From: Patescibacteria group bacterium
GTDB taxonomy: Bacteria; Patescibacteriota; Minisyncoccia; Minisyncoccales; CG1-02-41-26
Direction: 5' to 3'
DNA length: 56,672 nt
NCBI GenBank assembly: GCA_023474835.1
Contig: JAMCXQ010000005.1
Coordinates: 1-56,672 of the forward strand
Shown here one piece after another: positions 45,287 through 55,527 of this stretch (its first letter is position 1; the number at the start of each line of letters is the position of its first letter). A model generated the notes under the pieces. It was not told where the DNA came from. It worked only from the letters and a program-made list of their open reading frames with translations, and did not search any database. Position numbers and translations under genes: made by a program.

Positions 45287-45883
45287 ATGCAACACAACCG
45301 ACAAAAATATCTTGAAGCAATAAAGGCCCAGCTGGAGCCGAACATTTTTAACCATTCCTTGGCTTTGGAGGCGTGTATGGGAGCGATTTACGATTATTTG
45401 CAGGAAAAAGGGGAATTGAAAGCAGAGGAGCCGGCAAAAGAAGAGTGGTGCTTGGCCGGACTAATCCACGACGCTGATTTTGGCGGCGAGTTTAAAGCCG
45501 AGCATCCGCGAAAAACCAAAGAAGCCTTGGCCAAATACGGCTTGGAGTTGCCGGAAGTTTTGGAAAAAATCGTTAAAGCGCACGCTCCCGAGCTGACCGG
45601 AGTCAAGCCCGTTTCCAAAGCCCAGTGGGCGATAATGTGCGCTGACAGCCTGACCGGCCTAATCGCGGCCGTGGCTTTTATTTATCCTTCCAGAAAGCTG
45701 GCCGATGTGAAGTTGTCTTCGGTTTCAAAAAGATTTTTAAAAGAGCCGAAATTTGCCGCGGGCACCCGAAGAGACGAAATAGCTTTGGCTGCCAGGCCCG
45801 ACGGTTTGAACATACCAGTGGAAAAATTTATCGAGATTTGCCTTGCGGCAATGCAAAGCATTGCCGGACAAATCGGGCTTTAA
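45287..45883 (+). CDS. HD-domain phosphohydrolase
   Basis: HSLA, GLIHDAD, ADSLTGLI, KFAAG..RDEI. Confidence 0.88.
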   Translation: MQHNRQKYLEAIKAQLEPNIFNHSLALEACMGAIYDYLQEKGELKAEEPAKEEWCLAGLIHDADFGGEFKAEHPRKTKEALAKYGLELPEVLEKIVKAHAPELTGVKPVSKAQWAIMCADSLTGLIAAVAFIYPSRKLADVKLSSVSKRFLKEPKFAAGTRRDEIALAARPDGLNIPVEKFIEICLAAMQSIAGQIGL

Positions 45884-45888
45884 CAAAT

Positions 45889-46251
45889 ATGTCCTATATC
45901 AATTCAGCGCATTTTGGCGAAATTATAATTGACAATAAAAAATACGGCCAGGTTTTGATTATTGGCGGAAACGTTTCGGAAAGAAACACGGCAAAACTGG
46001 AAAGTATCTACGGCTCAACTCATAAAATAGGGGATTGGGAGGTTAAAGAGCTTGTTGGCGGCCAGCCTGACACGATTATCGTTGGCACGGGCTGGGATGG
46101 CGCTTTGGAGGTAGGCGGCGAGCTGAAAGAAAAAGCGCGAAGTTTTGGCATTAAGCTTATTGTAGAGAAAACACCGCAGGCAATGCAATCGTTTAACCAA
46201 AAAGCGCAATCCAATAAAAAGGTTAACGCTTTAATCCATACTACATGTTAA
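45889..46251 (+). CDS. Mth938/DUF498-like protein
   Basis: FGEIIID, IIVGTG, TPQA, C-terminal IHTTC. Confidence 0.88.
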   Translation: MSYINSAHFGEIIIDNKKYGQVLIIGGNVSERNTAKLESIYGSTHKIGDWEVKELVGGQPDTIIVGTGWDGALEVGGELKEKARSFGIKLIVEKTPQAMQSFNQKAQSNKKVNALIHTTC

Positions 46252-46261
46252 TCAATGTTTT

Positions 46262-46876
46262 ATGGCTAAAACAATCATTATTTTTATCGTTATTATAATT
46301 GTCGCTGCTGCTGGAACCGGCGGTTATTGGGTTTGGCATAAAAGCCAAAAAACAACAATTACCGCAAGTCCGGTCCAGCCAGCTGAAAGCTCGATGGAAA
46401 ACCAAATAAACAACAACCAGAACGACAGCCAGCCCGTTTTTAAAATATCCAGCACTTCGTTTGGCAACAACGACGTTTTGCCTGTAAAGTTCACCTGCGA
46501 CGGAACAAACGTAAATCCTGAAATCAACATTGAGGGGGTGCCTGCCAACGCGCAAGGTTTGGCTTTGGTGGTGAACGACCCGGATGCTCCGGCCGGAAAT
46601 TTTATCCACTGGCTGGTTTGGAATATTCCCGCTTCAACGCAAAAAATAGCGGAAAATTCAACGCCAGGCAAGAGCGTGGTTGGCGTGAACGGTTTTGGCA
46701 AAAATAAATACTCGGGTCCCTGCCCGCCTAGGGGCTCGTCGCACCGCTATATTTTTACGCTTTACGCCTTGGACAGGGCGCTGGACATACCAGGCAGCAG
46801 CAATAGCATTAATGCGGCAACAACAAACCATATTATTGCCAAAGCAAGGTTAACGGCTGTTTATAAAAGAGAATGA
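46262..46876 (+). CDS. YbhB/YbcL family (PEBP/RKIP-like) protein
   Basis: DPDAPAG..HWLVWNIP, YSGPCPP..HRYIF. Confidence 0.93.
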   Translation: MAKTIIIFIVIIIVAAAGTGGYWVWHKSQKTTITASPVQPAESSMENQINNNQNDSQPVFKISSTSFGNNDVLPVKFTCDGTNVNPEINIEGVPANAQGLALVVNDPDAPAGNFIHWLVWNIPASTQKIAENSTPGKSVVGVNGFGKNKYSGPCPPRGSSHRYIFTLYALDRALDIPGSSNSINAATTNHIIAKARLTAVYKRE

Positions 46877-48630
46877 AACAAAACACCAAACAAACGTTAA
46901 AATACTTTTGGCAGGCGAGCAGCCGGTATAAAATCTCGGTGTTTTTTATTTTTGTTTCGGTTGTCGGGGGCTCTTTGGCCGGAATGATAACCCCGCTTTT
47001 TTTCCGGGAATTTTTTAACGTGCTGGCTGCCGGGCTGGACAAAGTTTTGGCCGTTAAGCAGCTGGTTAAAATTTTAATTTTCATAGCCGGCGTGAGTTTG
47101 GTTGAATGGGCTTTTTGGAGGGTGTCCGGGTTTATAACCGTGCATTTTCAGTCCCGGGTAATCGCCGACCTTAACAACCAGTGCTTTGAATATCTGCACA
47201 AACATTCTTATTCGTTTTTCAACAACAGTTTTGTAGGCAGCCTGGTTAAAAGGGTGAAATGGTTCGGCAAAGCGTTTGAGCACATTGCCGATAAAATTTG
47301 TTGGAATATTCTGCCCTTGACGGTAAGCATCGTGGTTGCCACTTGGATTTTGCTGAAAAGGAACATCTGGCTGGGGCTTGGCATTTTGGCCTGGACCGCG
47401 GTTTTTTTGATTTTGAACTGGCTTTTTGCCCGGTACAAGTTGAAATACGACATTGAAAGGGCCAGCAAAGAAACCGAAACAACCGCTGTTTTGGCGGATA
47501 CCATCACCAACAACGCGAACGTCACTTTGTTTGGCGGCTATCAAAGGGAAGTGAAACTTTACCGACAGGTAATGGAGGCCTGGCGGAAAATCACAAAATT
47601 TTCCTGGAATTTGAGCACGTGGTTTGAGGCGTTGCAGGGCCTTTTGGTAAGCGCTTTTGAGATAGGGGTTTTTTACGCCGCCATTGTTTTGTGGCAGAGA
47701 AACGTTTTGACTTTGGGCGATTTTATTTTGGTGCAGGCTTACCTGATAACTATTTTTAACCGGGTGTGGGATTTCGGCAAGGTTGTAAGGACAATTTACG
47801 AAAGTCTGGCTGACGCAGAGGAAATGACCGTTATTTTGCAAACCCCCCATGAAATTCAGGACATTCCCAAAGCCAAAAAGCTGGTTGTCTGCGAGGGTAG
47901 AATTGAATTCAAAAACGTTGATTTTTACTACCACCAAACCAGAATGGTTCTGCGGAATTTCAATTTTGTTGTTTTGGGCAAAGAAAAGGTGGCTTTAATC
48001 GGGCCTTCGGGCGCGGGGAAAAGCACGGTGGCGAAGCTGGTTTTGCGTTTGCACGACGTTTCGGCCGGAGAAATTTTAATTGACGGGCAGAACATCGCCA
48101 AAGTCGCGCAGGAATCCCTGAGGCAAAACATTGCCTTTGTGCCCCAAGACCCGATTTTGTTCCACCGGACGTTGATGGAAAACATCAGGTACGGCCGGCC
48201 CCAGGCCGTTGACCAGGAAGTTATCAAAGCAAGTAAAATTGCCCATTGCCACGAATTTATCAGGGATTTGCCGCAGAGATACGCCACTTTTGTAGGCGAG
48301 CGGGGAATAAAACTGTCGGGCGGGGAGCGCCAGAGAGTGGCCATTGCCCGGGCAGTTTTGAAAAATTCTCCGGTTTTGATTTTGGACGAAGCCACCTCCA
48401 GCCTGGATTCCGCTTCGGAAAAACTAATTCAGGAAGCGATAACCGAGCTGATGAAAAATAAAACCGTGGTTATCATTGCCCACCGGCTTTCAACCATACG
48501 CAAAATGGACAGGATTGTGGTGATTGACAACGGCGGCATAACCGAGCAGGGCACCCACCACCAGCTTGCCCGGATAAAGGAGGGCCAGTACAGAAAGCTT
48601 TGGGAATTGCAGGCCGGCGGCTTCAAATAA
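46873..48630 (+). CDS. ABC exporter, fused TMD and ATPase
   Basis: GPSGAGKS, LSGGERQR, ILDEATSSLD, IAHRLST; 6 TM. Confidence 0.95.
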   Translation: MKQNTKQTLKYFWQASSRYKISVFFIFVSVVGGSLAGMITPLFFREFFNVLAAGLDKVLAVKQLVKILIFIAGVSLVEWAFWRVSGFITVHFQSRVIADLNNQCFEYLHKHSYSFFNNSFVGSLVKRVKWFGKAFEHIADKICWNILPLTVSIVVATWILLKRNIWLGLGILAWTAVFLILNWLFARYKLKYDIERASKETETTAVLADTITNNANVTLFGGYQREVKLYRQVMEAWRKITKFSWNLSTWFEALQGLLVSAFEIGVFYAAIVLWQRNVLTLGDFILVQAYLITIFNRVWDFGKVVRTIYESLADAEEMTVILQTPHEIQDIPKAKKLVVCEGRIEFKNVDFYYHQTRMVLRNFNFVVLGKEKVALIGPSGAGKSTVAKLVLRLHDVSAGEILIDGQNIAKVAQESLRQNIAFVPQDPILFHRTLMENIRYGRPQAVDQEVIKASKIAHCHEFIRDLPQRYATFVGERGIKLSGGERQRVAIARAVLKNSPVLILDEATSSLDSASEKLIQEAITELMKNKTVVIIAHRLSTIRKMDRIVVIDNGGITEQGTHHQLARIKEGQYRKLWELQAGGFK

Positions 48631-48657
48631 GTGCGCGCATATTAGATTTTTAATCAT

Positions 48658-48735
48658 ATGGATTCATACAAAATAATGTCGTTTTGCATTCTGCTTATCG
48701 CGGTTTTCGCTATCGTGGCGTTTTTCAGCAAATAA
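48658..48735 (+). CDS. 25-aa single-TM small protein
   Basis: MDSYKIMSFCILLIAVFAIVAFFSK*, followed by a hairpin and T run. Confidence 0.4.
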   Translation: MDSYKIMSFCILLIAVFAIVAFFSK

Positions 48736-48820
48736 GCGGGGCATCCGTTAAGCTTTCCGGCAACTCGCTTACCGGAGGTTTTTTGTTGCGCAAAAACATT
48801 GAAAGTAGTAGAGTAAAGTA

Positions 48821-50035
48821 ATGGAAACAAAAAAACAAAACAAACAGCCGCTGGCTGACAGGATGAGGCCCGAAACGCTGAACGATTTTTTGGGCCAGGA
48901 TGAAATCGTTGGGCAGGGCAAGCTTTTGCGGGAAGCGATATCTCAGGATAAAATTCCGTCAATGATTTTCTGGGGGCCGCCGGGCAGCGGCAAAACAACC
49001 TTGGCTTTGATAATCGCCGGACAAACCCGGGCCGATTTTATCAGGTTCAGCGCGGTAACGTCGGGCTTAAAGGATTTGAGAGAAGTGATTAAAAAAGCCA
49101 AAACAAACGAATGGCAGAGCAAACGGACCGTTTTGTTTATTGATGAAATCCATAGATGGAACAAAACCCAGCAAGACGCCCTGCTCCCTCACGTGGAAAA
49201 CGGGCTGATAACTTTAATCGGCGCCACCACCGAGAACCCGAGTTTTGAAGTGCGGGGCGCTTTGTTATCCAGATGCCGTGTTTTTGTGCTCAAACAACTG
49301 ACTAACGGGCAGATTGCCAGCATTTTACAGCGGGCGATAAAAGACAAAGACAGGGGGTTGGCCGATTTGAATTTGCAGATAGAAAACGATGTTTTAAGTA
49401 AAATCGCGCAAATGTCAAATGGTGATCCGAGAATTGGCTTGAACGTTTTGGAGTATGCTTCAAGCATTTCCCGAAAAATAACTTTTGCGATTGTTAAAGA
49501 GGCGTTTCAGAAATCGTATTTGCTTTACGACAAAGACGGCGACGAGCACTACAACATTATTTCCGCTTTGCACAAGTCAATGAGAGGGGGAGACGCCAAT
49601 GCCGCTTTGTATTGGCTTTCAAGAATGTTGGAAGCCGGGGAGGACCCGCTCTATATCGCCCGGAGGCTTATCAGGTTCGCTTCAGAAGATATCGGTTTGG
49701 CAAATTCAAAGGCGTTGGAGCAGGCGGTAGCGGCTTTTACCGCGTGCCACTACATCGGCCCGCCTGAATGCAACGTTATTTTAGCCCAGGTTGTTGTTTA
49801 CAATTCGTTGTGCAAAAAATCCAACGAGCTTTACATTGCTTACGGAAAAGCCAAAAAAGACGTGGAGGATTTCGGCAACTTGCCTGTGCCTTTGCATATA
49901 CGCAACGCCCCGACAAAGCTGATGAAAGACCTGGGCTATGGCAAAGATTACAAATACAGCCCCAATTACAATTACCAGGAACAGCAGGAATATTTTCCCG
50001 AGCAATTAAAGGGCAGAAAATATCTGAAATTTTGA
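48821..50035 (+). CDS. rarA: Replication-associated recombination protein A
   Basis: PLADRMRP, GPPGSGKTT, DEIHR, GATTENP, SEDIG, VPLHIRNAPT. Confidence 0.96.
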   Translation: METKKQNKQPLADRMRPETLNDFLGQDEIVGQGKLLREAISQDKIPSMIFWGPPGSGKTTLALIIAGQTRADFIRFSAVTSGLKDLREVIKKAKTNEWQSKRTVLFIDEIHRWNKTQQDALLPHVENGLITLIGATTENPSFEVRGALLSRCRVFVLKQLTNGQIASILQRAIKDKDRGLADLNLQIENDVLSKIAQMSNGDPRIGLNVLEYASSISRKITFAIVKEAFQKSYLLYDKDGDEHYNIISALHKSMRGGDANAALYWLSRMLEAGEDPLYIARRLIRFASEDIGLANSKALEQAVAAFTACHYIGPPECNVILAQVVVYNSLCKKSNELYIAYGKAKKDVEDFGNLPVPLHIRNAPTKLMKDLGYGKDYKYSPNYNYQEQQEYFPEQLKGRKYLKF

Positions 50036-50040
50036 ATCTT

Positions 50041-51882
50041 ATGAAAGAGAAAAAACTTACTTTTAATTTGTGGCTTAATATTGTTTTGGCTATTGCCTTG
50101 ATTTTGGCTTTGGTTTTTTATTACGCGAAAATCGTGGCAGTGAGCCAGACGGTTTTTATTGCGCTGTCGTTTGCCGGGCTTTTGCCTGTTCTAGCGAACA
50201 TTGCTGTTTCTTTTAAGAAAAAGAAAATGGGCATTGATTTTTTGGCTTTGGTGGCTTTGGTTTTCGCTTTTCTTGCCGGGGAATGGAGACCGGCGGCTTT
50301 TATCAACTTGATGCTGGTTTTTGCCCGTATTTTTTCTTTATGGACGGAACAACGGGCCAAAAACATTGTCGAGCTTTTGTTCAAATACCGGCCGGAAAAA
50401 GCAAAAATTGAAAGAGATGGCAAGGTTGTTGAAATACTGGTTGACGAAATAAAAATAGGGGATTTGGTTGTCATTGAAGCGGGTGACAGGGCTCCGGTTG
50501 ACGGGCCGGTTATTTCGGGCCAGGCAAGCTTAAACGAGTCGGCCATCACCGGCGAAAGCGAGCTCTCTGTTAAAAAAGCGGGAGATTATGTTTTAAGTTC
50601 CTCGCTGAACGAGTCCGGGTCTTTGGTGATAAAAGCCAAAAAAACCGGCGGGGAAAGCCTGGTCGCAAAAATTATCGCTTTGGTGAGCCAGGCAATCGGC
50701 AAAAAAGGCCAAAAGGAAAGGCTGGCGGGGAAATTCACTTTTTGGTATGTTTTTGCCACTTTGGTTTTGGGGGCCGGCCTTTGGTTTTTATGGGGCAGTT
50801 CCGATATGGTGCTTTCAGTGCTTCTGGTGGCCTGCGCCGACGACATTGCCGTGGCTATTCCTCTGGCTTTGACCGTGGCAATGGTCAAAACAGCCCAAAG
50901 GGGCGTTTTGGTGAAGGGCGGGGGAGCGGTTGAGAATCTGGCGGATATTAAATTTTTCATTTCCGACAAAACCGGCACTCTTACCCTGGGCCGGCCGAAA
51001 GTAAAAGAAATAAAAACAGCGGGCTCTGTCAGTGAAAAAGATTTTCTGGTTATGGCGGGCAGCCTGGCTTCGGTGTCGCACCATCCGGTTAACCAGGCGA
51101 TTATCCGTTTTTTAAACCATAAACAGGTGGGTTCGCTTGTTCCCGAAGAATTCAATGAAATTCCCGGGGAGGGGATTGCGGCGAAAATCAGCGGCAAAAA
51201 AGTTTTCTGCGGCAAGATTGATTTTTTATCGGAGCAGGGAGTCGTTATGAGCGAAAGCGATTTGCAAACTGCAAACGATTATTATCAGAAAGGTTTCAGC
51301 TTGGTCGGTTTTGCCCGAGAAAATGAATTTTTGGGTTTTATCGCGCTGGAAGACGAAATCAGGCCGAAAACAAAAGAGGTCATAGAAGCCACGAAAAAAC
51401 TGGGGGTGAAACAATGGTTTGTTTTGACCGGCGATAACCGGGCGGCGGCGCAAAAAGTGGCTGGCGAGCTCGGCATTAAAAATTTTTACGCCGGGCTGAA
51501 ACCGCAGGACAAACTGGCTGTTATTGAAAAAATCAAAAAAGAAAACAAAGGAGTTGTGGCAATGATGGGCGACGGGGTCAACGACGCTGCCGCCCTTGCT
51601 TTGGCCGACGTGAGCGTGGCAATGGGCAAAATCGGCTCGGACGCCGCCATTGAAACGGCCGACATCGCTTTAATGAACGACGACTTGCGCAAACTGCCCC
51701 AGGCAATGTCCGTTGCCAAAAGCGCGGTGAAGATTATCAAACAAAATTTCTGGCTCTGGGGGGTTATCAATTCCGTGGGTTTTGTTTTGGTGTTTGCCGG
51801 AGTTCTCCACCCCCAGGAAGCGGCTTTGTATAATTTTCTTTCCGATTTTATCCCGATAGCCAACGCTTTCAGGGTAAGGTAG
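50041..51882 (+). CDS. P1B-type cation-transporting ATPase
   Basis: TGES, DKTGTLT, SHHP, TGDN, GDGVND; TM motif ACADD; start placed at ATG 50041. Confidence 0.92.
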   Translation: MKEKKLTFNLWLNIVLAIALILALVFYYAKIVAVSQTVFIALSFAGLLPVLANIAVSFKKKKMGIDFLALVALVFAFLAGEWRPAAFINLMLVFARIFSLWTEQRAKNIVELLFKYRPEKAKIERDGKVVEILVDEIKIGDLVVIEAGDRAPVDGPVISGQASLNESAITGESELSVKKAGDYVLSSSLNESGSLVIKAKKTGGESLVAKIIALVSQAIGKKGQKERLAGKFTFWYVFATLVLGAGLWFLWGSSDMVLSVLLVACADDIAVAIPLALTVAMVKTAQRGVLVKGGGAVENLADIKFFISDKTGTLTLGRPKVKEIKTAGSVSEKDFLVMAGSLASVSHHPVNQAIIRFLNHKQVGSLVPEEFNEIPGEGIAAKISGKKVFCGKIDFLSEQGVVMSESDLQTANDYYQKGFSLVGFARENEFLGFIALEDEIRPKTKEVIEATKKLGVKQWFVLTGDNRAAAQKVAGELGIKNFYAGLKPQDKLAVIEKIKKENKGVVAMMGDGVNDAAALALADVSVAMGKIGSDAAIETADIALMNDDLRKLPQAMSVAKSAVKIIKQNFWLWGVINSVGFVLVFAGVLHPQEAALYNFLSDFIPIANAFRVR

Positions 51883-52030
51883 CCATGCAAACTTATAATT
51901 ATATTTATTTCCGCTTATCAGTCAAGATTATGAGGCTTGACTTATTAGCATTCCTGTAATTTAATGATGTTGAGGTTGCATAAAGCCCAACCGTTTTGGG
52001 TTTTTTATTTTGTTTGTCCAGGAACAGGTT

Positions 52031-52816
52031 ATGGTGTCGCCAAGCATATCAATCAAAGCGGAAGAAATTTTTCAGGCGGGCGGTTTCGCTCTTTCCAATT
52101 CTTTTTTGTTGCTGATTATCGTTTGCTGTTTGCTTGCCGTTTTGGCCCTGGTTTTCAAAAAACAGTTCACTTTGATTCCGGAAAAATTCCAGGCAATAGT
52201 TGAAATCGGCGTTGAAAAAATGCTCGGGCTGATGGATTCCTGCCTGGGTTCTAGGGTGCAATCGGAGAAATATTTGCCTTTTATCATTACCATTTTCGTT
52301 TTTATCTTGTTCGCGAACCTGGCCGGTCTTTTCCCCGGAGTTGGCTCCATCGGCTGGAAGCACGGAGACGAATTCAAACCTTTTTTAAGGGCGCCCACAG
52401 CCGACATTAACTTTACTTTGGCTCTGGCTTTGATTTCCGTTATCCTGACCAACATTTTCGCTTTCCGGGAAATAGGTTTTAGCCATCACGCCGCCAAGTT
52501 CGTCAATTTTAAGGGACCGATCCAGTTTTTCGTGGGGATACTGGAGTTAATTTCCGAGCTTTCCCGGGTTGTTTCTTTCACTTTCCGGCTTTTTGGCAAC
52601 ATTTTTGCGGGCGAGGTTTTGCTTTTGATTGTCTCGGTTTTGCTGCCTTTGGCCGGCCCCATTCCGTTTTTCTTTTTGGAGATATTCGTCGGGTTTATAC
52701 AGGCGTTTGTTTTTGCTATGCTTACTTTGGTTTTCCTGGGGCTGCATTTGCAGCACGGAACACTGGAAGAAAACCATCAATTTAATAAGGTCGAAAAATT
52801 AAAAATTAAAAATTAA
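52031..52816 (+). CDS. atpB: ATP synthase F0 subunit a
   Basis: PTADINFT, FRLFGNIFAGE, IQAFVF. Confidence 0.96.
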   Translation: MVSPSISIKAEEIFQAGGFALSNSFLLLIIVCCLLAVLALVFKKQFTLIPEKFQAIVEIGVEKMLGLMDSCLGSRVQSEKYLPFIITIFVFILFANLAGLFPGVGSIGWKHGDEFKPFLRAPTADINFTLALALISVILTNIFAFREIGFSHHAAKFVNFKGPIQFFVGILELISELSRVVSFTFRLFGNIFAGEVLLLIVSVLLPLAGPIPFFFLEIFVGFIQAFVFAMLTLVFLGLHLQHGTLEENHQFNKVEKLKIKN

Positions 52817-52832
52817 AAATTATTTAAAGAAT

Positions 52833-53060
52833 ATGGACGTAGAATCAATGCGGTTATTAGCCACAGCTTTGGTTATGGCTTTTGGGGCCGTTGGCCCGGC
52901 TTTGAGCATCGGTTTTATCGGCGCCAAGTCGGTTGAAGCAATGGGCAGAAACCCGGAAGCGGCTCCAAAAATTCAGACAATGGCCATTTTAGCCATTGCT
53001 TTTTGCGAAGCAATTGCCATTTACGCTTTGGTCATCGCTTTAATTGAAAAGTTCGTTTAA
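52833..53060 (+). CDS. atpE: ATP synthase F0 subunit c
   Basis: GRNPEA loop; FCEAIAIY with essential Glu. Confidence 0.97.
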   Translation: MDVESMRLLATALVMAFGAVGPALSIGFIGAKSVEAMGRNPEAAPKIQTMAILAIAFCEAIAIYALVIALIEKFV

Positions 53061-53072
53061 GGCCGGACAATA

Positions 53073-53588
53073 ATGGGAGATTTTGTTCAACAATTCGGCG
53101 TCAATTGGAAGCTTTTGCTGAGCCAGATAGCGAGTTTTTTCGCCCTGTTTTTTTTGCTTAAATTTTTGGTTTTAAAGCCCGTGCTCGGCGCTTTAAAAAC
53201 GAGAAAAGAAAAAATTGAAGAAGGGCTGGCAAAAGCGAAAGAAGCCGATGTCCGCCTGGAAGAAGTCGGCGTAATCGCAAAAAACAAATTAAAACAGGCG
53301 GAAAACGAAGCCCAGAATGTTCTGCACGAAGTAAAACAAAAAGCCAAAACAATAGAAAATGACCTGCTGCAAAAAACCGCCCAGAAGCAAAACGAGGCGC
53401 TGAAAAAAATCGACGCACTTTATTTGGGCAAACAGCAAGAAATGGAAACAGCCATACAGGCAAAAGCCGTTGAGCTGGTAAAAAACATTGCGGCAAAAAC
53501 CGTTGGGCTCTCTCCCGAAGCGATTGACGGAAAGCTGGTTGACAGGGCAATTGATTTATTGAAAAAAAATGCCGAAATATCATCCTAA
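53073..53588 (+). CDS. atpF: ATP synthase F0 subunit b
   Basis: TM plus KPV..RKEKI coiled coil; operon position. Confidence 0.92.
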   Translation: MGDFVQQFGVNWKLLLSQIASFFALFFLLKFLVLKPVLGALKTRKEKIEEGLAKAKEADVRLEEVGVIAKNKLKQAENEAQNVLHEVKQKAKTIENDLLQKTAQKQNEALKKIDALYLGKQQEMETAIQAKAVELVKNIAAKTVGLSPEAIDGKLVDRAIDLLKKNAEISS

Positions 53589-53952
53589 AATTTATTCCCA
53601 GGCCCTGGGTTTTTTGCTGGGACAGGCAAAAAACCCAGCCAGCCAGGAAAAAACAATCGATAATTTTTTGCTTTTGGTCAAAAAAAACCGCGACCAAAAA
53701 TGCCTGAAAAAAACGCTGTTTTTTACCGAAAAGTTTTTGCTCAAAAAATTCGGTTTGAACAAATTTACGGTTGCCAGCGCCAGAGAATTGTCCGTTGGGC
53801 AAAAAAAGGCGATCGGAGCCGCTATAAAGGAAGAAGGCCGCCTGGACTGGCAGATTGAACCGAAGCTAATTGCCGGGCTGAAAATCACAAAAAACTACAA
53901 CCAGGAATTAAACTTGTCGTTTAGCCATTTACTTGGTAAACTGTTCAATTAG
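53569..53952 (+). CDS. atpH: ATP synthase subunit delta (short)
   Basis: [17 protein letters not shown]; located between atpF and atpA. Confidence 0.85.
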   Translation: MPKYHPKIYSQALGFLLGQAKNPASQEKTIDNFLLLVKKNRDQKCLKKTLFFTEKFLLKKFGLNKFTVASARELSVGQKKAIGAAIKEEGRLDWQIEPKLIAGLKITKNYNQELNLSFSHLLGKLFN

Positions 53953-53953
53953 T

Positions 53954-55480
53954 ATGTCTTTTGCAATTATTGAAAAATTAAAAAAAGCCATTGCCGATTA
54001 TAAAGACGATGCCAACTGGCAGGAGGTCGGTTCTGTGGTTGAAGTTGGGGACGGAATCATTAAGGTTATGGGGCTGGATAACTTGATGAACCAGGAAGTC
54101 GTTCTGGTGGAAAGCGGCGGGAAAGCGGTTTTGGCTTTGGCTTTGAATTTGGAAGAAGATTCGGTCGGCTGTTTGTTGCTGGAAGAAACAGAAGCGGTTA
54201 AGGCCGGGGACAGCGTCAAACGCACCAAACAAATACTTTCCATTGCCGTTGGCAATGAAATTTTAGGCAGAGTGGTAAGCCCCCTGGGCAGCCCCTTGGA
54301 CGGGCAGGGCGAAATTTTCCAGGAAAAAAGCGAAACTGTTTTTCAGGCTTTGGAAAACAAAGCGCCTTCGGTTTTGGACAGAGAATCGGTTAAAAAACCG
54401 CTGCACACGGGCGTGAAAGTGATTGATTCAATGATTCCCGTTGGCAGAGGACAGCGAGAGCTGATTATCGGCGACCGGCAAATCGGCAAAACCGCCCTGG
54501 CCATAGACACCATCATTCATCAGCAGTTTGACAACCCCGACAATCCGATAATATGTATTTACGTCGCCGTGGGCCAGAAAGAATCAAAAATCGCCAAAAT
54601 AATTGAAACTTTGCGCCAGAACAACGCTCTTGGTTATTCGGTGGTGGTGTCCGCTCCGGCTTCCAGCCCGGCCGCCATGTGGTATCTGGCGCCTTTCGCA
54701 GGCGCGGCAATAGGCGAATATTTCAGGGACAGGGGCAAAGACGTCTTGGTGGTTTATGACGATTTAACCAAACATGCCTGGGCTTACCGCCAGATATCCC
54801 TTCTTTTGAAAAGGCCGCCGGGCAGAGAGGCTTATCCGGGCGACATTTTCTATCTGCACTCGCGGCTCCTGGAAAGAGCCGCCAAAATGTCATTGGAAAA
54901 GGGCGGAGGCTCTTTGACCGCCCTGCCCATTATTGAAACGCAGCTGGGGGACGTTACCAGCTATATTCCCACAAACGTCATTTCAATCACCGACGGGCAA
55001 ATTTACCTGGAAAGCGATTTGTTTTATCAGGGTGTAAGGCCCGCTCTGAGTATCGGGCTTTCGGTGTCGCGGGTCGGCTCGGCCGCCCAAACCAAGGCAA
55101 TGAAAAAAGTGGCGGGAAAATTGCGGCTTTTGCTGGCCCAGTTCAGGGAATTGCAGGCCTTCGTGCAGTTTTCTTCCGACGTGGACGAAACAACCAAAAA
55201 GCGGATAAAACAGGGCCAGACATTAACCGAAATTTTAAAGCAAAACGATTTAAGCCCGATGCCGTTTGAAAAGCAGGTTGCGGTTTTATACGCGGCCTTG
55301 AACGGACATTTTGACAATTTGGAACTTAACCAGGTTAAGTCCGCAGAAGAAAAGCTTTTGGAGCATTTGGAAACTTTCAGCCAGGAAATTTTGGAGGAAA
55401 TAAAAACTACGGGCGATTTGGTTGAAAGCACGGAACAAGGGTTAAAAAAAGCAATTACCAATTTTATGTCGAAACAATAA
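53954..55480 (+). CDS. atpA: ATP synthase subunit alpha
   Basis: [35 protein letters not shown]. Confidence 0.98.
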   Translation: MSFAIIEKLKKAIADYKDDANWQEVGSVVEVGDGIIKVMGLDNLMNQEVVLVESGGKAVLALALNLEEDSVGCLLLEETEAVKAGDSVKRTKQILSIAVGNEILGRVVSPLGSPLDGQGEIFQEKSETVFQALENKAPSVLDRESVKKPLHTGVKVIDSMIPVGRGQRELIIGDRQIGKTALAIDTIIHQQFDNPDNPIICIYVAVGQKESKIAKIIETLRQNNALGYSVVVSAPASSPAAMWYLAPFAGAAIGEYFRDRGKDVLVVYDDLTKHAWAYRQISLLLKRPPGREAYPGDIFYLHSRLLERAAKMSLEKGGGSLTALPIIETQLGDVTSYIPTNVISITDGQIYLESDLFYQGVRPALSIGLSVSRVGSAAQTKAMKKVAGKLRLLLAQFRELQAFVQFSSDVDETTKKRIKQGQTLTEILKQNDLSPMPFEKQVAVLYAALNGHFDNLELNQVKSAEEKLLEHLETFSQEILEEIKTTGDLVESTEQGLKKAITNFMSKQ

Positions 55481-55527
55481 TTTTATTCGCAGCATTCGGA
55501 TAAATTCGTAGATTAGGATTATATTTT

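Noticed and set aside
47074..47937. Long antisense ORFs (for example 47074-47937, 8101-8748, 50586-51215, 53158-53802, 18120-18815)
   Set aside because: They are shadows of well-supported genes on the opposite strand, with no domain signal
52833..53060. Na+-translocating ATP synthase
   Set aside because: The c subunit has Glu followed by Ala and lacks the Gln and Ser/Thr Na+ ligands, consistent with an ordinary H+ type
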